Source of the DNA: Felis catus
Lineage: Eukaryota
NCBI RefSeq assembly: GCF_018350175.1
Contig: NC_058368.1
Span: forward strand, 127,226,001 to 127,290,000
Direction of reading: 5' to 3'
Length of the DNA: 64,000 nucleotides
The translations under genes and the position numbers were made by a program. Under the pieces are notes generated by a model. That model was not told the DNA's origin. It made no database searches and saw nothing but the letters and a program-made list of their open reading frames with translations. Position 1 is the stretch's first letter. Each line of letters opens with the position of its first letter. Shown here piece after piece: positions 12,130 to 25,778 of this stretch.

Positions 12130-13160
12130 CCCATCTGACTTTTTGGCAACTCCATTCTTCCAGTTGTTCAGCCCCAAACTTCGGTCAGCCACCATTATTT
12201 CTTGTGACGAAGTATCCTCCTTGGACTTCCTGCTTCTTTCTTTATCCCTCTAAAGTCTAATTCCAAATTAGTAATCAGAGTGATCTTGGTAAAACCTTGT
12301 TCAAAGTTCCTTGCTGGCTTATTGTTTTACTTAGAAACAAGGCCAAAGTCACTACTAAGAGCCACCGAGCCACACAGGATTTGCCATGGCTCTGGCCCTC
12401 AGCCCTGCCCAGGAATCCCCTTATGTTTCATCTCCAACTTTGTCCCCTCTTGCTTTATTTTTTAATGTTCATGGCACCCAGGCGCTCCTCCTCTGGTACT
12501 GGGGTCCTCTGCGAGCCTGATACTGTTCACAGTCGGCCTATTTAAACATAAAAAGAGTTGAAGTTGAAAGTTTAAGTAGAAAGTTTTCTACTTTGCTACT
12601 TTCTTTTTTTTTTTAATTTTTTTTTTCAACGTTTATTTATTTTTGGGACAGAGAGAGACAGAGCATGAACGGGGAAGGGGCAGAGAGAGAGGGAGACACA
12701 GAATCGGAAACAGGCTCCAGGCTCTGAGCCATCAGCCCAGAGCCCGACGCAGGGCTCGAACTCATGGACCGCAAGATCGTGACCTGGCTGAAGTCGGACG
12801 CTCAACCGACTGCGCCACCCAGGCGCCCCACTACTTTGCTACTTTCAGCCTCCTTACTGTTCCTCATCATGGCAGCAATATTCCTTATTCTCCTCCTGCC
12901 TCGTACATTCTTGCCTCACATATCTGCCTCCTGCATGTATTTATGAAATGCCACCTCTGCAATGACATCTTTCCTAATCACCCTACTTAAAATTCTACCA
13001 CAGGCACACATACTCACAACCTTCTTCTCTGACACATTTTTCTTCGTAGCATTCATTTTTCCTCTAACAAGAACATTATGAAGGCAGAATTTTTGACAGT
13101 TTTGTTCACTGCCGTATCTCTTCTAGCACACAGAATAAAGTTCAGACATAGTCTGTCTGC
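12130..13160 (+). mobile_element. L2 fragment interrupted by a SINE
   Basis: L2-like text on both sides of the 12604 SINE, ending gaaggcagaatttttg...ttcactgccgtatctc. Confidence 0.5.
12604..12829 (-). mobile_element. Young felid SINEC_Fc
   Basis: CpG-rich (gtcggacgctcaaccgactgcgccacccaggcgcccc); 16-bp TSD ctactttgctactttc at 12588 and 12831. Confidence 0.97.
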
Positions 13161-15404
13161 AAGTAGATATTTATTAAATCACCTTTTTCTTTAAGTCTTG
13201 ATTTCTGCGCCCTGAAAATCAGAAAATCTGCCAACACGGGCCTGTGTTTTCATGTGGCAATAGCTGTTGGGAGCTTAGAACAGCTGCAAAGGCAGATGAG
13301 GGAGGACTTTCCCTGTGGCCAGGATTATCACCTGTGAGAGTTGTGCCCTCTGCTGGGGAAGCCCTGGATGGAGAGTGACAGGATCAAAAGAGGTCTATCA
13401 GTACACCAGCTGGAAGTAGCAGGTGGGACCGATGAAGTAAGTGAGCCTGGATACACACTTGCCAGTTGGTGCCTGGTGTCCAAGTCCAGGCATGACTGCG
13501 TGCGAGGACTTGCGTGAGGGTGATGTGCTGGAGAATGAAGGACAGAGGAAGCTGGGTTTGGAAGAAAGATTAACAGAACTTGAGGATGGACTGGATTTGG
13601 AAATGAAGTGAGTAGCGATGACTGCAGTTTCTAAACTGGTGGATTAAGAGAATGGTAACCCCTGATGTCAAAAGAGAATTTGGGAAAGAGTCGATCTAGG
13701 AGATCAGAAGGCCTACAAATGCAAAGTAACATACTGATCTCAATGAATGCAACTTGAGTTTGAAGACACAGACTCAAAGGTATTTGATAACAAAAATGGA
13801 CTTCAAGATCAAAGCCGGAAATGAGGACTCAGGATTTAACTTTACATACTGTTTATATTTTGCCTAGGAAAAGGCACATTATGATAATGACCATCTCAAT
13901 AAAAGAATATCTAGAACAAGAGATAAAAATAGGGGACAAACGGGAAGAGCCCCAATTAAGAGGCCAAGCGGTTAGAAAGAGATTTAAAGGAAAAACTCCT
14001 CTCCTTCCCCCACTAGACGTACAGACTTATACAAACATAAGTGTCATTGATTCAGTGTGTTAAAGGCTGCTGCTTCGACATTCCATGTGTGCCCACATTT
14101 CTCCATTCTATATCCAATATTATCTCATTGTAGTGAAAACAGATTATAAATGAAACCATGTATATTTAAAAAGTTTCCCTCCTTCTTCTTTCTTGACTTT
14201 GTATTTCCAAACCATATATACTGTGTGGAAATCTCTGAATAAAGAGGAAATAGTTCTTTGTGCTGCCTTTTACGTTATTTAAAAAAAAAAGACTGGTTAT
14301 TTTTAACTCAAACGCCATGCAAAATTCATCTTTGCCAAAGGGCATGTACCAAGGACAGCACCACAAATATAATAAGTGGTCTCCTTGCTTTTCCTTTCCA
14401 ATGAAACTTGAATCAAGCTAAAGTTATACTGTTCCAGAAAATATGTAATTTAGTTAAAAGTAGAAGATAAAAGTGATAAAAGTTTTCCTCAAGCTCTTTC
14501 AAGCAAGTTTAATCTGCGTAGGTTGGAAATAGTATCTTTACTCTGTTATTAAGGGACAATGCCTTGTGGGGCCTAATGTTTCAGATTTCGGATACTCATT
14601 TCTTTGGATTGAAGGTATCATGGGGTATATTTCCATCTTTAATGCTCAGAAGTGGCTTCCTTTGAGTTGCTAAAATATAGTCTGTCATTTTGGCTGCCAA
14701 ACAGACCCACGGAGGCCTGCTATTTGTATTGGCAGATAAATGACAGCAGATGGAATCAAGCATGCATCCTGTCTCCTTGGCAAGCCTGCAGCCTTAGAAA
14801 AAGGGATGTGTCCCTGAAGCGTCATGCAGGTTGTTCCACTAGCATCAGTGTCACTGTCATAGTTGGTGAAAGGGAAATTGGCAAATCACTATACATAGTA
14901 GGCAAACTGCCACCCTCACAATTCCTGTAGGCATATTTTCCTCACTCACATCTTGTCTTTTTGCCGAGGGCAGGCTTCTGGGCCAAGATGTTTTGCCATC
15001 CTAGAACTTTTTTGGCCCAGTGTGTACAAAGGTAATTAATATTATCATGAAAGTATGTGTTGCCGCTAATATCCCATCAGTGCTACCCGCGTAGGAGGAA
15101 ATGAACACGAAAGTTGTTAATTACAATTTATCAAGTGTATACTATTTACCAGCTTACCATGCTATACAATCACCTTTTTTTTACTACTATTAGTAGAAAT
15201 AATAAAAGCAAACACTTGTAGAGTGCTTATCACAAGACACAGTTGCAAAGCTTAGACATATATTAACTTTTAAAATGCTTACAACTTTATAAGTTTTTCA
15301 TTACCAACCTCCTTTTAGAGAGAAAACTATGACGGTTATTACTTTTAGTACTCCTAGTGGTAATGAGACCAAGCATGAGTGTTTACTAGGTTTAGGCTCT
15401 ATCA

Positions 15405-15537
15405 ATGTATGTATGTTATACGTGTGTATACATGTGTGTACATATATATGTAGGTATATATTCACACCCATGTGCATGCATATATATGCATAGAGATTGT
15501 GTGTGTGTGCATACATATATACACACACAGACACACA
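15405..15537. repeat. Imperfect (TA/TG/CA)n low-complexity tract
   Basis: Alternating purine-pyrimidine degenerate repeat. Confidence 0.85.
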
Positions 15538-17399
15538 TTTTTAATTCTCACAATAGCCCTGTGACTTTGGCATCATAATTTCTATTTAGGAATGAGGAAA
15601 CTGATAATAGTAATAATAAATAATGCTGATAAGAGTAATAAAAATGAATGTGTAAGTTTAATATGTATCAGCATATTAATGTATGCAATGCAGATATTAT
15701 CTCAGTCTTCAAGAGGTGGACATTATATACTGGTTCTAGAGATGATGAATCTCTAAGAATTCAAGGACAAGTAACAACTAGGTGGGGGCTGGGTTTTCTA
15801 ATTAGAGAGGAGTCAGAGTTGACTGCTTCACCAGTGTGCTAGACCACAGGCAATATATTCTGGAAACACAGGAGTGAATGAGACACAGAGAGTTAATACA
15901 GAGTGAAGTGTGTTTTACAACATATTACAGCATTTGGAAAATGCAATCGAAAATCTTTCTCGATTTTTTGAGGGCTCACTATGTGCAGAGTAATGCACTG
16001 AACCGTGGGAGAAATGCAGGATGAAAGAAATACACAAGTCTCACATTCATAGGAACTTGGGATCCTACAAGGGACAGAGATGTGTATGTGGATAATGCAA
16101 GAGATCGACTGAGGAGGGCAGAAATGGGAGGGAAAGTGAGAAACGAACTCTGTGCCGGAATGCCAGGCTTATGGTGCAGAACACTAGGGTATTACACTAA
16201 AATATTCGAGCTTCTCACTGGGCTATGTGTGTCTCTCTCTTTTGACTCCATTTACATTTAGCTCTGCTGATGTTCTTGCAGCCACTGGTTTTCTCAATTA
16301 GTAGAAAAGCAAGGGAACAGCATGGGGTCATTGGCTATAGCTGCTCAGCAATAGAACTGTGCTGCTCTACAGGGAAAAGTCTGGATGTTGTGAAATTCTG
16401 TTTACTCTATTCCTGACACACCTGGCTTTCAGGAGGCCTGGCAGTCGGATACGCCAGAGGAACCTGTGCTGGAAAGCCCCTCCTCTGGACAAAGCACAGG
16501 ACTTTTCTGTTAAATCAAGGAGCTCTCACAGTGTGTGTTCTGCCAACCATGCTGAAGGTCACAAAAACTATCTGGATGCTTTTGAGCCAAAGGGAATTGG
16601 AAACCTGCAAAGAACAGCCTGGGTCATGGTAATTCTGACAGACAAAATGTGACTGTAAAGGAGCCAGATGTATTCTGCAAAGCCCTGCACAGAAAACCAA
16701 CTTCCTTACGCTGTGGTTTCACTCAAGTAGGGTCAACAATGGCACGGAAATCATGGGTTTTATTTTACTCTTTGTAAAGATAATCTCATTGAAGTGTGAA
16801 TTCAACAACTCACAGTGATATAGTGACGTCTTATCCTGATTATTTTACATGATTACCTCCCTTCCTAGTGAGACGACTAGAGGGGGAAAGTATCAGTGAT
16901 AAGTCATCTCTAGAATGAGAACTGCATAGGACAACCTGAACAACATAACTGCCTTCAATGTCTCCAACCTCACTCATCACCAGCACTAAAACTGCTGGGG
17001 TGGTTGGCCAGGTTTTCACATCTCCTTTCTCCTGAAAGGTCAGGGGAAGCCAGTCTTCCCTCTGCCAGCAAACAGTACCACCGAAGCAACAATGTGACAT
17101 CTGTCAAGTATTAAAAGGGAAATGGAATATTCCACTCAAATATTGAACAATCCCAATTCAAGACATTTAACTGTGATCATGCCAGTTGACACAGGACATT
17201 TATCATATTGGGAAATTTGATTGCTTTGGTTCCTTTTAAATTCACAAAACAATTATTTAACTGTTTTCCCCTGATCGTACTACACAAGCATAGACTAAGA
17301 AACAAAGGTTCTTTGTGCTATGCCTCTCACTACGGGTCTCTGAAACTCTTTTAGTCCATTCTCCCTGTATTTAATGCCACACATGTATTAACTTCCCAT

Positions 17400-18550
17400 T
17401 ATGGATAATGGATGATTTTTCACTCTTTCCCCAGCTCCCTTTCCCACTTCTCTGCTTCTATCCTCCTACTATAGTTATGTAACAATTGATGGCTAATAAA
17501 TATTCAGTTTTTATCTTATTATCCCTGGGATGTAATGTTTATTGATAAGCTACATATGATGTCATGACTATGTTTCACTTACTGAATAAGCTTTCCTTTT
17601 TTCTGAAGTTGTAAATTGCCTCTTTTAAAAAATTTGCTTAATTTTATGTAGCATTATCGGTAATTCTTCCGGAATTTCCCAATATGATTTTAAATAGCTC
17701 TTTGAAAAATGTTTTCTGCCTGGGTCAAGCACATCAATTATTTCATCAGTTCCTCACACTTGACTGATGATTTAGCTGGCTTTAGAGTTATGGGCTGCAA
17801 ATCATTTTTTCTTAGAAATTTGAATACATCATTCCATTGTCTTGTAGGTATCAATGTGCTTTGGAGAGGATAAATCAATACCACATGAACCCCTATGAGA
17901 AATGTACTGTGTGGTTTTTTTTTCTTCTCCTCTTAAAGTTTTTGGGACCTTCTATTTGTAGCTGTGGCCTGAAATGTCAATACGTATTTTTCTAATGGGT
18001 CTATTTGCATTATTGTGATAGGTAGTTATAAGCCTTTTAATGAAGAAAAATATGTCCTTCAATTTAAGGAAATTTTTGTGTTTTTTATTTGACAAGTTTA
18101 TTTCCTCTGTTTTCGCTCTTTCTTTCTCTCTCTCTTTCTTTCTCAAACACCTAGTAATTAGATCTTAGACAGAGAATTATTTTTCCAATTTTCCTAGCTT
18201 TTATTATCCATCTCTTTGTCTCTTTATATGCTGGTAGATTTCTAAAACTACATCTTTCAGCTCTCTCATTGCATTTTTAATTTTACCTATCATTGTTTTA
18301 AATTTTCATAAGTTTTTGTTCTTATTAATTTTGTATGGTATCATTTTGTTTTATAAATGTAGTAAGTTTACTACATTTTGCTTAAAATTTCTATTTGTTC
18401 CATAAATTGTTTTTATATCTTTTTTATTATTGTTGTTATTATTAAAATTTTCATTTGTTTTGGACTTTATGTTGAAAGTTTCTTTAAAATTTGTGGGGCC
18501 TTGGATGTCCATTCATTTTAAAGAGGAAGATACTAAAATGCTGAATGGGA
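17400..18550 (-). mobile_element. Ancient L1M internal fragment
   Basis: T-rich with L1-like text (gatgatttagctggctttagagttatgggctgcaaatcatttttt...attccattgtctt). Confidence 0.5.
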
Positions 18551-19243
18551 GCTCTGCATGACTTAAGTGGGCTTGGGCTTGGAGAGTCTTGGGATTCAGT
18601 GTAGGGTACATGGGGAATACAGAACCTCGCCTTTTCCACCAGGCAGCCACATAATCACCAATGGTGATTCCATTTTTCTACAGAAGGATTCTTCAGTCTC
18701 CTGCCTAAGCATTAGAAGCCTAACTGACAGAGTTCCTGTCCCCAAGCTTCACTAGAGAAGTCAGGGCTTCTCTATTCAATTGATAGACTTTTTATTTAAT
18801 CTTCTACCTTCCACTGTGCCTGGTATCTCCAAGTTGGAATCCACCTTGTTGAATAAATTTCCAATCCTCTCATGAGGATGGAGTGGAACTGGTCTCTACC
18901 TGTGCAGCGTAAGAGGAAGACCTATGGAAGAATCCACTTCATATGCAGATTTTCCAGAAATTTCTGCTTATCTTAAAATATACTTGGTTCTTTGATTCCC
19001 AAGTCTTCCCAGATGTCCACAAAGGGAATGGCTTCCTTTTCCTTACACTTTCTTCTTTAAGCGCTTTGTAATTAGCATTCGCAACCTGGCTGTTTTGTTC
19101 TCTATTTTCCATTTCTAAAATATACCTTTGCATCTCCAATTGTCTCCTTTCTCATCCCATTATTCTTGGGGATTTATACTCTCCTATTCCCTTACCATCA
19201 TTTTCATTTGTAGGATTTCCAAAGGTAGCAATTTGCCAAAGGT

Positions 19244-19640
19244 TGTGAGTTTGCTTAAGCTGCCCTAGCAAATACCACAGACTGTGATTTAAACAAGAGA
19301 GACTTATTTTCTTACAATTTTGGAGGCTGGATATCCAAGATCAAAGTTTCAGCAGGTTTGGTTTTTTCTGAGGCTCCTTTCCTCGGCTGCAGACGGCTAC
19401 CCTCTTGCTGTGTTTTCACATGGTTTTCTCTCTGTGCGTGTACATGTCTGGTGTCTCTCTTCATGCTTCCAAATTTCCTCTTCTTATAAGAACACAAGTC
19501 ATACTTGAAGAAGACCTACCCTAATGACCTCATTTAACCCTAGTCATCTTTAAAGATCTTACCTGCAAAAACAGCTATGTTTTGAAGTACTGGGTATTAG
19601 GACTTCAACATACGTGGAAGACATAATTCAGCCTATAACA
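19244..19640 (-). mobile_element. MLT1A/B-like MaLR solo LTR
   Basis: gctgccctagcaaataccacagactg...ggaggctgg...ccaagatcaa...cataattcagcctataaca. Confidence 0.85.
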
Positions 19641-19674
19641 AAGGTCATGTTTTAAAATTATTCTAAAACCTGTT

Positions 19675-19903
19675 GGGGTGCCTGGGTGGTTCAGTCAGTT
19701 AAGCTTCTGACTTTGGCTCAGGTAATGATCTCGCAGTTCATGAGTTTGAGCCCCACATAGGGCTCTATGCTCACAGCTTGGAGCCTGAAGTCTGCTTCAG
19801 ATTCTGTGTCTCCATCTCTCTCTCTGCTCCTCCCCCCCTTATGCGCTCTCTCTCTCTGTCTCAAAAAAAGTTAGTGGATATTAAAAAATTTCTGAAATTT
19901 TTA
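19675..19903 (+). mobile_element. Can-SINE
   Basis: ggggtgcctgggtggttcagtcagttaagc...(CT)n...A-rich tail; degenerate TSD aaaattatt(c/t)taaaa. Confidence 0.95.
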
Positions 19904-22149
19904 AAAATTATTTTAAAAACTCTTAACAGTATTCCAAGAATTCAAAGAATACTGTATCCTTTTGCTTAAAGACACTACACTTACCTATCCAAGTTAATAG
20001 TATTCTCTGTGAAACAGCACACCCTTCATTAATTCATTCACTCACTTATTAAATAACCACTGTCGGGCATCTATTTTGCAAGGTTCTTAGTTTAGTAGCA
20101 CAAGGGACAAAAAGTAAGTAAAACACAATATCTAAATATAAGAGAGTTTCACTGAGAGTGACAAGAGCTAAATGCTTGAAGCACATTACAAAGCTCTAAA
20201 AAGTCTGGCACATGGCTTTTATCACTTGGCAAATACATGGGGTTGAAGAGCACCGCTACATCTTTTGCTTCTCATGGGTATTGATCGACAGAAAAATATT
20301 AATGATTAACCTAAACTTAAGCAAAGAAAGGCTGTAACTTTGTACTGACAATTTTTGCCTTGGCCCTCTATATAAATTACATGCAGAATTAGTATAAAGC
20401 AGTAAGTAAACAATCATTTCATTTATTGGTAAGCTATCCTGGTCCTTTGCCAAAATATGAGGACTAACTTTGGTCTAACCTGGGTCTCCCTAATGAGAAG
20501 TTTTAACTGCTATCCCTGAAATGTTCTGTGCATATGTGCATATGAATGTTCTTTTCCCCTCCATTGGCTAGAGAGGATTTTCTGTGTGTAAATATAAACT
20601 TAAAAACAATAATTTATGCAAGGTTTTCTTTGCTCTGTGTCTTTCATGGGCAATTTTCTATATTTGGCGTGACTACTATTATGGTCCAGATATGAAATCA
20701 AGCAGACTTAAACTTTGCTGATACTAGAGAGCATTTGGGAAAGAAATCATCTAACTTTTAGGATTTTCCAATCAAAAGACTATTTTCTGCAGCAAAGACT
20801 CGTTACATATTATGTATATGTATTAATTGTATTTAACAACAGACTGTTCTTATTCTTTTTCAGGAAAAAAGAAGTTCAAGTGTCATTTGTCATTCTTTAC
20901 AGCAATGTTGAGCATTGGGGATTTACACTCTATTATTTCCTTACCATCATGTTAAGAGAGGATTTTCAAGGGTAGCAATTTCAAATGTTCTTTGTGGGAA
21001 TGTGGGAAAAAATAGAATTGAAGAGATTTGGGGAAAAATGTGTAAATTCTGTTTGAATTTCCTGCCACTATCACTTTGAGATATGGATTGATTTGGGAGG
21101 GACTCAAATTCTCCAAGCCCCAGTTCTTTGTGGATAAAATAGAAACATTACCAACTTGATCACAGACTGGTGCCTTCTGGTAGGGATTAAATGAGTCAAT
21201 CTACATGAAAGCACCTCTCTCTTTTGATATCTGTAAGTATCCACATATGTATCTGTTTGTATGTGTATGCCCACCATTCAACTAGATGCTAGCTATAGTC
21301 CAGAAACTTGTAGTCTGGGAATAAAGCATATATTCTAGAGTGATTCAAATGACAGTGAAATCTTACACTAAAAGATATTTCAAAAGCTACATGATTAGAT
21401 GCCCTATGATCAGACTAAAAATAACAGAGCTCCCATATCTCTCTGAACTCACAATGAACATCAGTATATACATTATCCTTTATATTCAAGATAACCTTGA
21501 AGCCTAGGTTTTGTTACTCTAATTACATAGAGTATGAATGTGAGGCTCAGAGAGTGTAGGCAATTTGGTCATGAAATCAGACAGTTTTACTTAGACCCTG
21601 AGCTTGGCCTCCTTCCATTAGGCTAGGCCATCTTTACACCACAGCACAGTGCAGTGCGTGAGGCTCTGTAGATGTCGTTATGGAAGAATGATGAAATAGA
21701 CCTTGACCAAAGGGGAGCATTTGGGCAGGTCAAGAGGAGAGTGGGAACACCTTAGGAGAAGGGATCATGAGCCAAGGCATGGAGAGGGAAACAAGAGAAG
21801 GCATATCTGAGGCAACTTCAGACCAGTTTGACTTGAGTTAAACTGTGTGGATGAGAAGCAGAGATAGGACCAGGAAAGTAAGTTGAGGCTAATTTTCGAG
21901 GCCTTGAATGTCAGACAAGGAGTGTCATTAGCTAGCTCATACAAAAAACGAGAACATACAGAGGGAGTACCGTGCTGCATTGTAGAGACATAAGGACATA
22001 AAACAAACAAACAAAACCCGTGAAGCAAAACCAGCAACAAAACAGCATTAGTCTTTGTGGGGCCAAGGGTCCACACACCCCAGTGTGTGGAATAATGCTC
22101 TGGGGCTGTGAAGGATGTCTGGGGGTCGGATGCACTGACACATGGAACA

Positions 22150-22730
22150 GGGTTATCATTTGGATGCTCTATCATGGGTAAAAATTTGTCAAGAAAGGCT
22201 TCATAGAGGAGATGCAGTTACTCTGGAAGTCACAGGCAGTGAAGCAAGTATTTGAACAGTGGAGTTATGTGATAAAAATACCATTTTCAGGAGATTAATC
22301 CAACAGCAGCATCTGACAGGCACAATGCAATGGTTGGAGACTGGAAGCTGAAACTCAGTACCTAGGGGGCCATTGCACTGGCCAGATAAGAGGAGCAGGT
22401 GGTGGCAATGGACATGGAAAGGCAGGCAGGCATACGTCTCTAAGCTGAAAATTTGGGGGCACCTGACAGTCACTGACAGGGGTGAGGAGAGAGGAGAATT
22501 CAGTGATGACTCTAAGGTCCTGGGTTTAGAGAAATCAGTTTTGGAGAGAAATGTGTGAGTTCTACTAAGGATAGCTGACATAAGCAGAAAGGGGATTTGA
22601 GGTTAGCCAGGCTGACACTCTGATAGCAGGACATCTAGGCAGTTGGAGATATGGGTCTAGAGAAGGAGGGGCTTACATTTCTGCATGTGGTCCAGCCTCT
22701 ATCTGCTTCACAAAATGAGAACTTGATTTC
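22150..22730 (-). mobile_element. L2 fragment
   Basis: gatgactctaaggtcctggg...aggcagttggagatatgggtctag. Confidence 0.55.
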
Positions 22731-22839
22731 TGCCAGACACTCAAAGTTGATAATGTTATAAATTATGAAAGCAAAATACATGACAAAAACACAAACAATA
22801 ATAATAACAAAGGCATTTGTTAACAAAGACAACAAATAA

Positions 22840-23060
22840 CAAATATTTGTTGAGGACTCCTTATATGTCAGGCACTGTATTAAGTGTTTTATATGTATTA
22901 TTGGTATTATTTCATTAATCCTGATTAGCCTTCTGATGTAGGTACTATTATTATCTCCATTTTACACATGAGGAGACTAAGGCAACCAAAAGAGAAAGGA
23001 ACATGTCCAAGATAACACAGCCAATGAGTGGCAGAGTCTGAGGTAACCCAGACAGTCTAA
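22840..23060 (-). mobile_element. MIR
   Basis: gtaggtactattattatctccattttacacatgaggagactaaggc. Confidence 0.8.
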
Positions 23061-23396
23061 ATATTGGCTTTCCAACATGGCAGCCACCAACTACACAAGG
23101 CTATGAAGACTTGAAAAGGGGCTAATCTGAATTAAATTTTTAGTCTTATTTAATTTTTACTAATTCATGACTACATTTTAAAACCAATAGTTGATTCCAT
23201 TATTGGATAATTTTAAGTACATTTGGAACAGCTTGAGTAAGTGAATTTACATTTCCAATTATAAATTTTATAAAATCTAAATAGAAATCAAGTACAATTA
23301 ATGAAAAGTTAACATCCAAATTGATATTTATATACATATACAGGATTTCCAAGACTTTAGAATAGGGAAAGCATTTGAAATACCTCAGTGATAATT

Positions 23397-23614
23397 AAAA
23401 AAAATTTTTAACGTTTATTTATTATTGAGAGATAGAGAGACACAGAGCGTGAACAGGGGAGGGGTGGAGAGAGGGGGAGACACAGAATCTGAAGTGGGCT
23501 CCAGGCTCTGAGCTGTCAGCACAGAGCCCGACGTGGGGCTTTAACTCACAAACCGCTAGATCATGACCAGAGCTAAAGTCGGTTGCCCAACCAACTGAGC
23601 CACCTGGGCACCCC
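23397..23614 (-). mobile_element. Can-SINE
   Basis: Full body; short TSD tgataatt. Confidence 0.95.
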
Positions 23615-23717
23615 AATGATAATTTTATATATTGATTACAGGTTGAAATGATATTTTTGTATAGTGAGTTAAATAAAATACATAGGTGAAATTAATTTTA
23701 CCTGTTTCTTTTTAGTT

Positions 23718-23919
23718 TTTATTCTATTTATTTATTTTGAGAGAAAGAATGTGTGAACAAGTGGGAGAGGGGCAGAGAAGGGGAGAGAGAGAATTTCAAG
23801 CAGGCTCAGCACTGTCAGCACAGAGCCTAACACAGAGCTCGATCTCACCACCCTGGGATCATGACCTGAGCCAAAATCAAGAGTTGGATGCTTAACCAAC
23901 TGAGTCACCCAGGTGCCCC
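23718..23919 (-). mobile_element. Can-SINE
   Basis: Full body ending cacccaggtgcccc. Confidence 0.95.
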
Positions 23920-25218
23920 TCTTTTTTCCTTTCAAATGTGGTACTAAAAAATTTAAAGTTACAGGTGTGGCTTACCTAATATTTCTATTGCCCAGCACAG
24001 GCCTAAATACTAAGAAATAAATAAGAAGTCAGCTGCATGACAAGACAACTGACAATGTTAATGGCGCGCAGGTTATTCCTCTTCCTGTTTTGAGATCCTT
24101 TTTTTTTTTTCAGAACGTCTGTAAAGAATACAGAAGTTGTCTTAATTCAATGAGACACTGAGCCCTGGATCTGGCTGCATTGCTGATGTCCCCACTCTTG
24201 TCTGGGTTGACTCCTCTACAGTTTGCAGGGAAGACAGCTGTAACTACCTTCTCTTATGGGTGTGTCTTATATTTGTTTACTTCTCAAAGGTGAATTATTT
24301 TGCTCACAGCTGTTTTCTGTCTTCTAACCACAAGCTCTGTCTTCATGTCAGTCTCAATCTAAGACTGATTTATCAGAGAAACCTAGAGGAGAGCCCAACT
24401 AGAGCTTCTTGGAGTGGTCCTGAGAAAATAATAACCCCAAACTAGCAGTTATTCAATACCGACGTACAGCCATCTATGCTGGAATTTTTTTGGAGGGGGT
24501 TATAGTCTCATAGTGTGTACACACATAACTGGTGTGTTTGAGAACTTTTGATAATAATTCAGATGTTTGCCCTTCTAAAAGCTGCATGCGTGATAGATAA
24601 AAGGTAGATTTTAACTAAGTGGGAAAAAAGGATGATAGCTAAGCACTTGTGAATCTTTTGAGTATTGCAAAAATTAAGGCAGTATCATTTATCAAGAAAA
24701 GAAATCTAAAATTCGACCAATTTTCAGGCATTCAGTGTATATAAAGCAATATGTCCCCAAAGTTAGAATCATCCAGATGTTTTAAATTGGTCGGAGTAAA
24801 CATTTGATTCATCACAGATTCACCAGAGTCAGAAGTAGAAAATTCACATCTACTTGCCAGCTAAGTGGGGTAGTACTTTTTGCATTCTCTACACCAGCTG
24901 TCTCGACATACTTAGCATCTACTCACAGAGTATTTCAGGTCAGTGGATTTATAGCCAAATGCCATTATAAGAAACTCTGATAAAATTATATTTCCATATT
25001 TATACATATTTATACAATACATGTATGGAATATTTCATCCTCCATGAGATCTTCCAATTTTTGAAAACATTGTCTATTAAGTCTAAGTGTGACTAATAAA
25101 CTGATCTACTTCACTCATTTCTAATGTCTATTATTTTAAAGTAGTGACTAAGCATCTTTTGTTGTAATTCTCTATAAGAGATCTTAAGCATAAACTCTTT
25201 ACAAATTTTAGTTATAAG

Positions 25219-25220
<2 letters not shown>

Positions 25221-25265
<45 letters not shown>
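25221..25265. repeat. (AT)n microsatellite
   Basis: About 22 perfect units. Confidence 0.97.
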
Positions 25266-25266
<1 letters not shown>

Positions 25267-25698
25267 CATATATCTTATTATAAGTATGCCTGGAATGCCA
25301 AAGTACCATAATCTGTGGGTTATAGCAGTGAGGTCCTCACATAATAAGGCAAATATAAAGTAACTTCCCTGGCCAAGTTCAGGAAAAGAAGGTTCAGGAA
25401 AAAGATAAACAAATCCATTAGAAAGGACATTAAATGCATTTGAAATGATCTCAATAAAATAGGTAAGCTCCTGGGAAAATAATGTATCTAACCGCTGATA
25501 AAAGTGCTTTCAGAACTACTAAAAGGGAGTAACACAAATACCCACATCTAGCCTATTGAATTTCCAGGAAGAAATGTTTTGTTAAAAAGAAAAGGCTATT
25601 TTGACAGTTTTTTTTTTTTTTTTTTTTTAACAAACAGCACAATAGGATAGAATACAATCTCATAGCTAATTCTCACTGTGTGACTAGAAGCTTCTTAC

Positions 25699-25778
25699 CG
25701 GTGACTGGGGAATGGCACATTATTTTTGTTGGTTCCTTCTCTGTTCTCTTCTGTAATTCCAAAATCAGGTAGTTCCAT
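25699..25778 (-). CDS. Candidate second alternative first coding exon (MELPDFGITEENREGTNKNNVPFPSH+CG), phase 2
   Basis: ATGG start at 25778 with an in-frame TGA 15 nt upstream; 26 open codons plus CG, then strong donor CCG|GTAAGA. Same strand, phase and terminal CG as the 40018 exon, in non-repetitive sequence. Confidence 0.4.

Larger units (their letters stand above)
23063..23999. mobile_element. Charlie1/MER33-family hAT transposon split by two Can-SINEs
   Basis: tccaacatggcagccacc...acttgaaa at the left end and gtggcttacctaatatttctattgcccagcacag at the right end. Confidence 0.65.

Noticed and set aside
12643..12990. 115-aa ORF (MGQRETEHERGRGRERG...) and similar ORFs at 19778, 23422, 28448, 36957, 42301, 46072 and 53693
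   Set aside because: Translations of Can-SINE sequence, not genes.
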